Below are positions 1-6,993 of a DNA stretch of 25,953 nucleotides, piece after piece (positions within the stretch are counted from its first letter, which is position 1; each line of letters begins with the position of its first letter). Position numbers and translations under genes: made by a program. The notes under the pieces were generated by a model. That model was given only the letters and a program-made list of their open reading frames with translations, was not told where the DNA came from and ran no database searches. Source of the DNA: Candidatus Micrarchaeota archaeon (lineage in GTDB: Archaea > Micrarchaeota > Micrarchaeia > Norongarragalinales > SBBD01). The stretch spans positions 1-25,953 of the forward strand of contig JBBSVW010000045.1 in the NCBI GenBank assembly GCA_038046605.1, read 5' to 3'.

Positions 1-149
1 TCAATAGCTTCATGCAAAACCTTATAGACAATCGCCTACAATACTAAACCGTTACTTTTTATTTTATTTTCATAATGTTTGCAAGCATGTTCGGCGCGCC
101 ACTGCGCCTTCGCCTTTTTCTACTTTGCCCCCCTACCAATTACGATTAC

Positions 150-818
150 ATGAAAACACTTGCTGTTGATTCCTCTTCGCTTATTTCCCTATCGGAGAGC
201 TGTGTTGTTTCCGTGTTCAGGCACCTTCTTGGAAGGGCCAGGTTTGTAGCACCCGAATCAGTATATCAGGAGAGTGTCGACACCCCCTCTAGAATCAAGC
301 AGCATGGGTTTTCGGCCCTTCGGATCAAGCGGCTCTTTTTTGAAGGGGCAGTTGGAAAGGTGGCAGCTGATCTGCAAAGAACCAGGGAAATCTTGCAATT
401 GGCAAATTCAACCATGCTTGTGGATGGAAAGCCCCTGGAATTGATCCAAATTGGGGAGGCCGAATGCTTGGCATTGGTTCTTTCCGGAAAGGCGGATGCC
501 TTAATTATTGATGAAAAAACATTGCGTTTGCTAATCGAAAACCCCGAAAAATTAATGGGCATTTTGAAAACAGAATATGAGGGGAAAGTGGTTTTGGAGG
601 AAAAAAGCCTCCAGAAATGGCAACAGCTGACGCGTGGTATTAAAATCATTAGGTCGGCTGAATTATTGGCAGTCGCTGGGAAAAACGGCTATTTTGGCTT
701 TTTTGGGGATGATGAAGTGCTAGCCCTTCGCGCGGCGGTTTTTGCCCTTAAGGGATATGGCTGCAGCCTAACCAAAGACGAACTAAAAGAGTACGATAAG
801 TTGGTTGTGGGCCGGTAG
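150..818 (+). CDS. PIN-fold (VapC/DUF3368-like) putative ribonuclease
   Basis: Start taken at ATG 150 (MKTLAVDSSSLI). PIN-type acidic motifs: N-terminal beta-strand VDSS, PESVYQE, GEAECLAL and LIIDEK. The TAG stop (816-818) lies inside the tRNA gene. Confidence 0.7.
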   Translation: MKTLAVDSSSLISLSESCVVSVFRHLLGRARFVAPESVYQESVDTPSRIKQHGFSALRIKRLFFEGAVGKVAADLQRTREILQLANSTMLVDGKPLELIQIGEAECLALVLSGKADALIIDEKTLRLLIENPEKLMGILKTEYEGKVVLEEKSLQKWQQLTRGIKIIRSAELLAVAGKNGYFGFFGDDEVLALRAAVFALKGYGCSLTKDELKEYDKLVVGR

Positions 819-914
819 ATCAGAGGTTCGCATTTTGATATAATGCAAATCGATCAATAGCAGATCGCATCGTTCGCAACGATGAGGCCGCGGGTGCGAC
901 TCCCGCCCGGTCCA
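809..914 (+). tRNA. tRNA-Ala(CGC) with a 34-nt intron in the D-loop
   Basis: Acceptor stem GGGCCGG(809-815)/CCGGTCC(907-913) with the G3:U70 Ala determinant and A73. D-stem GATC(818-821)/GATC(863-866). Anticodon arm CATCG-TTCGCAA-CGATG, anticodon CGC at 875-877. T-arm GCGGG-TGCGACT-CCCGC. Removing 34 nt gives a 72-nt cloverleaf; CCA is not encoded. Confidence 0.95.
824..857 (+). other. tRNA intron at non-canonical position 15/16 (BHB-like motif)
   Basis: GATC(818-821) pairs with intronic GATC(852-855) as the 4-bp central helix, with AGA (822-824) and AAT (856-858) as the flanking bulges. Intron stem GGTT.GCATT/AATGC.AATC. The alternative boundary 827-860 also yields a cloverleaf. Confidence 0.75.
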
Positions 915-921
915 TTTTTTT
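915..921 (+). terminator. oligo-T tract after the tRNA (probable archaeal terminator)
   Basis: T7 run immediately after discriminator A914. Confidence 0.55.
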
Positions 922-1162
922 AATAAGATGCGGCGTGCGCTTTGGAATGTAAAAAAAAGTTTTGGTTGGTGTGCCTTTGAAATAAGGAAAAAATTTAGTG
1001 TTTGGGTTTTTGAAAAAAAATCATAAAAATATAAAAACATCAAACCGAACACCAAACAAAACTATAAATTAATAAACAAAACCATAAACTAATTATATCA
1101 ACACAATATTCCTAATTTTCGAAAAATTAAATAGAAGACAACAAACAAACAAACAACTGCTT

Positions 1163-1500
1163 CACGTGTTGCATATGATTAAGTTTTATTTAGTTTTTCC
1201 TTAATTCGGCGCCGCATGTGTTGCATATTGTTAATGTGTTATGACGCACGTGTTGCATTAAACTTAAACAATACACACAAATTCCTTAATTTAAAGCAAC
1301 AGTTGTTGCACATGCTTTGAATCACTTAAACTCAAAAACACTTAAGGAACCCAAATTACAATTAAAAGCAAATTTACTATTAAGGAGCGCGTTAGTTGTG
1401 AAATGTCAAGGATTAGTTAATTGTGGGGTTTTGCGGCTCGCCCAATTTCTATTAATTAACGCAACAGGTGCGGCACATAGAATTAAGGATTTTGCAACAC
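1163..1500. repeat. array of TGTTGCA-core and TCCTTAATT motifs in direct and inverted orientation (candidate origin or protein-binding array)
   Basis: Direct copies CACGTGTTGCATA 1163-1175, CATGTGTTGCATA 1215-1227, CACGTGTTGCATT 1247-1259 and CAGTTGTTGCACA 1300-1312; inverted copies at 1458-1474 and 1493-1500. TTCCTTAATT at 1197-1206 and 1282-1291; inverted TTAAGGA at 1342, 1380 and 1483. Confidence 0.8.
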
Positions 1501-1573
1501 AAATGTGATAAAAAATCTCAACAATTAGTTTTTTCAACAACCCAAGACAGTCTGCGCACTCCCATTAGTTCTT

Positions 1574-3319
1574 TCAATAATCCAAAAGCGTTCGGGCCTG
1601 CCCTCCCATCAATTCATTTTGGGCGCCGGCATCTAATAGTGATGTTCTAAGCCCCTCAACAACCCTCTTCATTTTCTTTTCCTTATATTTAGAAGACCAA
1701 AAAAGCGCTTCATCCTTGCTGCCTTTGGTTATTAGCACAATTGCCTTGCCATCCTTTATCCTGCCTGTCCGGCCGCGCCTTTGGATCAGCCGAATCTCAG
1801 AAGGCACGGATTCAAAAAAAACCACCAACTCAACATCCGGGATATCGAGCCCCTCCTCTGCAACTGATGTTGCAACGAGCACATTGTATTTTCCGTCCCT
1901 AAACTCTTGCATCGCCTGTTGCTGGGCTTTTTGGCCCATTCCTCCCTTGCTTTTGCCAATAAATTCAACAGGCCTAATCCCCTCAATTTCCCCAAGCACC
2001 TTCGTAATTTTTTTAACCGTATTCCGGTAGTGCGCAAACACAATTGCCTTTCCCCCCCCCAATGGCTGCTTTTTCAAAATCCCAACCAGCTTTTCAAATT
2101 TTGGATGTTCCTTGCCTTTTTCCAAAAATTCCATGCAATCCCTTTGCGCGGCAAGCCACCTGGGGTCAGCCAAAATCCCCCTAACTGCCTTGCTTTGCTT
2201 TTCCCGGCCTTCCATTTCGCGCATAAATTCCAAAAGCGCCGATGCACCCTCAATTTCAATCAAATCAATTGCGTGGCTAATGTTCATTGCACGCGCATGC
2301 ACGCTTAATATATGGTAATTTGCCGGATCGCCATTCAAATTTGCAAGCGCCCTATGCCTTAAGGCTAAAAGTTCCCTCTTGTGCGATTTCATCTCCACAC
2401 TTCCCATTGCGCCAAGCTCCTTTAATTGCGCCAGGGCTTCCTTCAACAATTCCAGGAGCTGCCGCTTGATTTTTTGCATCTCCTCCGGCAGATCCACAAA
2501 AACCCAATCAAGCTTGATTTCGTGCGCATATTTCCTTACGTCAATATCTGTTTCGCTGCGGATTTCAATATTCCTCACATTAAGGTTCATGCAAATCTCA
2601 TCAATCATTTTGCGGTCAGCGGATGGGCTTGCAGTAAGCCCGATCAGCAAAAGCCCCCTTTTTGATGCCTCCCTTGCAACAAACGAATAGGAATAATCCT
2701 TCACGGCCCTATGCGCCTCATCCAAAACCACAAGGCAAAAATCCGATAGGTCCATTCTTCCAGCAAGAACGTCAAATTCAACTGTTTGGGGCGTTGCAGC
2801 ATAGCACCAAATTTCATCACTTTTCCAAAGTGCGCTGCGTTTTTCCGGCGCGTTCTCCCCTGTCATTAGCATAACCGGCTGTGGGGGCGTGTCCTTGGCT
2901 TTTTTCTTTCGTTTCAATTTTTTCGAGTCAATTTCCGGATCATTTAGCCCTGTTAGCCTGATGGTGCTGTTCGCGTTTAGCTCTTCAATTTTCTCAGAAT
3001 TCAAGCCGCCCTTTTCATTTTCCCCAAAATCAATCAATTCCAAAATTCTTTTTGCCTGCTGATTTGCAAGCGGCTTTGTTGGCGTCAAAAACAGGAATTT
3101 TTTTCTCTTGCGTTTTCCCTCGTGCATTTCCTTTACATATTTTGCCATTGCCAGGATTGCAATAAATGTTTTTCCAAGTGCCGTAGGCATGATCACAAGC
3201 GAATTCCCCCGCCTAAGGATGCTTTTTGCTATATTGATTTGGTAGTCGCGGGCCTCAAGCAAATCCGCCGCCGGCTTTAAGCTCAATTCCAATAGGAATT
3301 CCGAATTTGGCAGGTCCAT
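1574..3319 (-). CDS. hef: Hef/FANCM/MPH1-family SF2 DEAH helicase, without a C-terminal nuclease domain
   Basis: Q motif RDYQ, motif I PTALGKT, Ia PTKPL, Ib TPQ, II DEAH, III TAS, HPK, V TSVAEEGLDIP and VI QRRGRTGR. 581 aa, ending before any ERCC4 domain. Confidence 0.92.
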   Translation of the reverse strand: MDLPNSEFLLELSLKPAADLLEARDYQINIAKSILRRGNSLVIMPTALGKTFIAILAMAKYVKEMHEGKRKRKKFLFLTPTKPLANQQAKRILELIDFGENEKGGLNSEKIEELNANSTIRLTGLNDPEIDSKKLKRKKKAKDTPPQPVMLMTGENAPEKRSALWKSDEIWCYAATPQTVEFDVLAGRMDLSDFCLVVLDEAHRAVKDYSYSFVAREASKRGLLLIGLTASPSADRKMIDEICMNLNVRNIEIRSETDIDVRKYAHEIKLDWVFVDLPEEMQKIKRQLLELLKEALAQLKELGAMGSVEMKSHKRELLALRHRALANLNGDPANYHILSVHARAMNISHAIDLIEIEGASALLEFMREMEGREKQSKAVRGILADPRWLAAQRDCMEFLEKGKEHPKFEKLVGILKKQPLGGGKAIVFAHYRNTVKKITKVLGEIEGIRPVEFIGKSKGGMGQKAQQQAMQEFRDGKYNVLVATSVAEEGLDIPDVELVVFFESVPSEIRLIQRRGRTGRIKDGKAIVLITKGSKDEALFWSSKYKEKKMKRVVEGLRTSLLDAGAQNELMGGQARTLLDY

Positions 3320-3422
3320 GCTTATCCCAATGCCATTAGCCCCTTTTTAACCAATTTGGGGGTCATTTCGGGTGTCAACTTTTAAGATATCAAAATAAAA
3401 ACGATGAGCCATTTGTTTATTT

Positions 3423-3806
3423 GTGCCACCAAACTCGAATCTCATCCAAAACAAAGCTATGAAGTTCGCAGAAAAGACACTCGTTCGCCGATTTGGTTCG
3501 ACAAAAGTAAAGGATGTTTCAACAAAAAGAGTCGGGTGTGATTTTTTTGTTGATGGAAGGGAGTATGAGATAAAAGGGACTAAATCTCCGCGAGAAATTC
3601 CAGATACCGACGAACACGAATTTACTGAAGATGGGGTGTTTCTGCCCGATTTTTTATGGATTGTACGGTTTTTGCCTGGAAAACCACCAAAGCTAGACGA
3701 AGTTAGTAATGATGAGGTAAACAAATTTCAACACAAGCGACTAATTAGGTGGCGATTCTCAAGCCAACTAAAAACAGCACTGCTAAAAGAATCGAAAAAC
3801 AAATAA
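3423..3806 (+). CDS. small PD-(D/E)XK-type nuclease, DUF3883/NO VEIN C-terminal-like
   Basis: KAM...VKDVS...GCDF...YEIKG matches the DUF3883 pattern (A..DVS..G[YC]D..IEVK). GTG start. Confidence 0.6.
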   Translation: MPPNSNLIQNKAMKFAEKTLVRRFGSTKVKDVSTKRVGCDFFVDGREYEIKGTKSPREIPDTDEHEFTEDGVFLPDFLWIVRFLPGKPPKLDEVSNDEVNKFQHKRLIRWRFSSQLKTALLKESKNK

Positions 3807-3820
3807 TCCCAAGGTTAATA

Positions 3821-3867
3821 TTTTAAATCAAAGCAATATTATTGCTTTATTCATTCAAAAAAGGTGG
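3821..3867 (+). promoter_or_regulatory. putative TATA box and Shine-Dalgarno site of the histone gene
   Basis: TTTTAAAT at 3821-3828; AGGTGG at 3862-3867, 4 nt before ATG 3872. Confidence 0.5.
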
Positions 3868-3871
3868 GAAA

Positions 3872-4075
3872 ATGTCCGATTTGCCTCTTGCAGCAGTTGA
3901 GCGCTTAATTAGGAAAGCCGGCGCTGAGCGAGTCTCCGAGGATGCCTCAGAAGCGCTTGCGGATGTTTTGGAGGAATACGCCCTCTCACTTGGGCAAAAG
4001 GCGGTTCTCCTTGCAAAGCACGCCGGAAGGAAAACTGTCACCGGCCAGGACATAAAGCTTGCAAGCCGGGGTTGA
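3872..4075 (+). CDS. archaeal histone (HMfA/HMfB family)
   Basis: 67 aa, LPLAAVERLIRKAGAERVSEDA...HAGRKTV..DI, the classic archaeal histone-fold signature. Confidence 0.97.
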   Translation: MSDLPLAAVERLIRKAGAERVSEDASEALADVLEEYALSLGQKAVLLAKHAGRKTVTGQDIKLASRG

Positions 4076-4095
4076 TTAGTACTTTTAGTTTATTT

Positions 4096-4156
4096 GACAA
4101 ACCCAAGGGGGGCGGCCCCCCTTAGTTTTGTCGGATGCCCAAACCCCCCCTTGGGC
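4096..4156 (+). other. GC-rich stem-loop pair downstream of the histone gene
   Basis: Hairpin GACAAA.CCC.AAGGGGGG-CGG-CCCCCCTT.AGT.TTTGTC (4096-4132) and hairpin GCCCAA-ACCCCCCC-TTGGGC (4137-4156). Confidence 0.55.
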
Positions 4157-4158
4157 GC

Positions 4159-4246
4159 AAAAACCAATTGCTTTAGCTGTTGGATGAAGCGGTCGATTGG
4201 AAATTTTACCTCTAGAAACCCACGCCTTTAGGTGCGGGTAATTCAT
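4159..4246 (+). mobile_element. non-autonomous IS200/IS605-derived double-hairpin element (PATE/MITE-like)
   Basis: Left-end-like AAAACCAATTGC-TTTA-GCTGTTGG-ATGAA (hairpin 4164-4183) and right-end-like GAAACCCACGCC-TTTA-GGTGCGGGT-AATTCAT (4215-4246). No tnpA or tnpB between them. Confidence 0.65.
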
Positions 4247-4262
4247 TTTAACGGTCAATTCT

Positions 4263-4490
4263 ATGGTTGAACAAGACTGGCGCGAAACCGTGCAAGTGTG
4301 GCATCATGATTGGAGATATGCAAAAGGCCAAGGCATCGTTACGTATAATTACGACCAACACCACCAAATCGAGTCCATCAAATCCCCACCGCAAACTTTT
4401 AACTCTCGTTGGCATCAAATTTCCTTCATGACTTCCATATTTCATAAAAGAATTACCGTTGTTTTTCCCCCAAAATCAACTTTTAGTTGA
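4263..4490 (+). CDS. hypothetical protein (75 aa; possibly a fragment or spurious)
   Basis: ATG-initiated ORF filling the gap between the IS-like end and the next gene; no recognisable motif. Confidence 0.3.
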   Translation: MVEQDWRETVQVWHHDWRYAKGQGIVTYNYDQHHQIESIKSPPQTFNSRWHQISFMTSIFHKRITVVFPPKSTFS

Positions 4491-4539
4491 TTTTTAATCA
4501 ACCAAAGCCTTTTGTTGCGCTTTCCCTAGTAACTGTAGC

Positions 4540-6813
4540 ATGCTTAAATCCACATTTTGCATGCTCATTTTGATTGGTTGCATTAGCGCTATTTCGATAA
4601 GCGAGGTTGCGCTCATGCAGGAATCCGGAACCAATTACTTGCAGCTCAAAATATCCCCCGCCTCCACCCAGCAAACCATCTTGATTACGCCCGCCGAGAT
4701 GGAATCCTTATCAAGCGGCCAATTTTCACTCCTGGAAAATTTAACAATTGACTTGAACGTTTCAGCCATTTCCTACCTCTACGAAATCGATGCAACCGCT
4801 ACCGAGCAAATCTATTCCGGAAGCGTCCAGACCTGGTGCGGGTCTGTCTTTGATACTTGCGGGAACTGCGGGGGCATGCCCGCAGGCACGTTCAAATGGT
4901 GCAATGGCGCCTATCCCCTTCATACCTACTCATGCGATAATTGGTGCTATACTTTTTCACCAGCTTCCTCCTATGAAAAAGCGCAGGTTGGAAATTTCAT
5001 TAGGCAAAAGGCAAAAGCAGGCATCATTATTTTGAAAGGAAGCACGACAACACTGAGTTTGGATGATGTTCAACCTTCACTAGCCCAACCTAATGCCATG
5101 GCCTCACTTGTTTTCCCATCCCTTAGCGTGCCATCCCAAAATTCCCCCCTGATTAGGCAAACCGGCTCCGAGAAATGGCGCCAGATAACAAGTGCCGCCC
5201 TCCAATCATACAAATCCCAGCTTTCGGCATACTACTCACAATACACTTCATCAATTGATTCCGCCTATTCCCAAACCAATTCTCTCAATTCCCAGCTTTC
5301 CGCCCTTCTTTCAAGCTCTTCCGGGGTGGAATATTCAAATTATTTCGAATACGCCCCCCCGGAATCTGCGCTCCCAGAAATATTGCTTGAAATTGAGGCC
5401 ACATATGCCGGAGTAAGCGCAATTAGGGGGGTTCCCAAAGCGATTTTACTCCATCCACAGGCCAGTTTTGAAAATGGAAACGCATATTTTTCCTTCGATG
5501 CCCAAAATACTGGCGCGGTTTCCGACATTTTTTCCGCCAACCTTTCATGCAACGATACGATAATTTCGAATATTGAAAACGTTTTGCTAGCCCCAAGCGA
5601 ATCTGCCGCCCTGAAGTTTTTCACCCCCCAAATTTTAGTTCCCACCATTTGCACCGCCCAAATATTCATTTTGGATTCGCCTTCCATAATCAGTTCCGCC
5701 TCAAACACCCTCGAACCCTTCAAGCTCGCCTGCCCTGCGGATAAGCCGTGCTGCGCTTATTCACTGCAATATGAGGATCGCGCCTGCTCCGATGTGGAAA
5801 AATTCAAGCAGGAAGGCCTTCCCGGAAGCGGAAATTATTATCTTCAGCATTATTCCTGCGCTGATTTTATTTGCATTGAAAGCTCAACCACTTTCCTTCG
5901 AAGCGCATCTGCGACCCCTGCGCCCCAAGCACAATTGTTTTCAGGCAATTCAAATAGCAACTACTATTCTGCAAATGCGCCCCAAATCCCGCAATTAGCC
6001 AATGCCCCCCAAAACGCTAATTCGATTTCACCCACCCCTGCTATTTCAGTATTCCCAAATTCCACAATCGTTCCGTCACCAATTGCCATGCCAATCGAGG
6101 AGGAAACCATCGAAATCATTGCCCCAACCCAAATCCCGCAAGGATATGCGATGCTTTCCGTTAGGGCAAACAACAAACCCGCAGAGGGCTCCATATTGCT
6201 CATTTCGCCATCCATGAAGCGCCGTACCATCCCGCTTGAATTGGGTGAAGCGGAAGTGCTATTCAATGAAGCTGGGGTATGGAAGGCATCCTACTCCTTC
6301 GAATACAAGAAAATAAGCGTGCTTCCGCAAATTACCAATGATGCCAAACCGGTAAATTCCCCGCCCCCCAACGCCGCCACATCGTTCATTTCATTAAACA
6401 TCTCAAAGATGCCAATTCCCGAAAGCGCCTTGCTGCTGGTGTTTTTCGCCCTGGGCTTTGCTGCCTACCGGCGCGCTTCCGTTAAGGTGCACTTCAAGAA
6501 ATCATTTGAAAACAACATCGTGCGGCTCGAAATTTTGAACAACAAGGCGGATCTTTCCAATCTCGAAATTACCGATATCGCCCCCGAGGGCACAATCCTC
6601 TCGACGATTTCCAATCCCCCAAGCGAGGTCACCGAAATAATTTTTGGAAAGCACATCAAATGGAAAAAAAGCTCCCTTCGCAAGGGCGAGCGCATGCTAA
6701 TTAGCTACTCCATTTTCACGGCCTCCCCCCAAGGCTCCCTTCGGCCGGCCGAGATCCTTGCGGATGCGGGAAATAGCAAAATCCGCGTACTTTCAAATGC
6801 CGTTGAGGCATGA
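4540..6813 (+). CDS. large secreted, membrane-anchored surface protein with Cys-rich modules
   Basis: Signal peptide MLKSTFCMLILIGCISA; two Cys clusters (WCGSVFDTCGNC...CDNWC and CPADKPCC...CADFIC); Pro/Ser/Asn-rich linker; TM helix ALLLVFFALGFAAY followed by RR; C-terminal beta-rich domain. Confidence 0.8.
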   Translation: MLKSTFCMLILIGCISAISISEVALMQESGTNYLQLKISPASTQQTILITPAEMESLSSGQFSLLENLTIDLNVSAISYLYEIDATATEQIYSGSVQTWCGSVFDTCGNCGGMPAGTFKWCNGAYPLHTYSCDNWCYTFSPASSYEKAQVGNFIRQKAKAGIIILKGSTTTLSLDDVQPSLAQPNAMASLVFPSLSVPSQNSPLIRQTGSEKWRQITSAALQSYKSQLSAYYSQYTSSIDSAYSQTNSLNSQLSALLSSSSGVEYSNYFEYAPPESALPEILLEIEATYAGVSAIRGVPKAILLHPQASFENGNAYFSFDAQNTGAVSDIFSANLSCNDTIISNIENVLLAPSESAALKFFTPQILVPTICTAQIFILDSPSIISSASNTLEPFKLACPADKPCCAYSLQYEDRACSDVEKFKQEGLPGSGNYYLQHYSCADFICIESSTTFLRSASATPAPQAQLFSGNSNSNYYSANAPQIPQLANAPQNANSISPTPAISVFPNSTIVPSPIAMPIEEETIEIIAPTQIPQGYAMLSVRANNKPAEGSILLISPSMKRRTIPLELGEAEVLFNEAGVWKASYSFEYKKISVLPQITNDAKPVNSPPPNAATSFISLNISKMPIPESALLLVFFALGFAAYRRASVKVHFKKSFENNIVRLEILNNKADLSNLEITDIAPEGTILSTISNPPSEVTEIIFGKHIKWKKSSLRKGERMLISYSIFTASPQGSLRPAEILADAGNSKIRVLSNAVEA

Positions 6814-6993
6814 GGATGCGTGCATTCTGAAAACAACTGCGAAGCGCACCGATTTCGCATCACCCAATATTATCAAAACAATGCCCCCTTCCAATCCCTT
6901 CAAAAATCCACCCGCAAATATATTTGGTGGCGCCAAAACGCCATTTGCAAATATGCCCGCAATATTCAAACGAAAAATAACGGCCAGGATCAA

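Noticed and set aside
3-47. Possible 3' end of an upstream gene (NSFMQNLIDNRLQY*)
   Set aside because: Too short to support.
75-149. N-terminal extension of the PIN ORF
   Set aside because: PIN domains begin a few residues before the first Asp, which fits ATG 150.
150-818. HARP (protein-only RNase P) assignment
   Set aside because: Has GEAE/DE motifs rather than the HARP D..ED.D motif; only the general PIN fold is supported.
1163-1500. CRISPR array
   Set aside because: Repeats are short (9-13 bp cores), irregularly spaced and in both orientations; no cas genes are present.
783-1650. ORFs 783-1055 (-), 1317-1508 (+) and 1468-1650 (+)
   Set aside because: They overlap the tRNA, the repeat array or the hef 3' end, have low-complexity composition and no motifs; most likely non-coding.
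809-4246. Integrated element at the tRNA-Ala
   Set aside because: No integrase, no duplicated tRNA 3' end (att) noticed, and the downstream genes are core (hef, histone).
4076-4260. SRP RNA or RNase P RNA
   Set aside because: Too short and lacks the SRP helix 8 and RNase P P4 consensus sequences.
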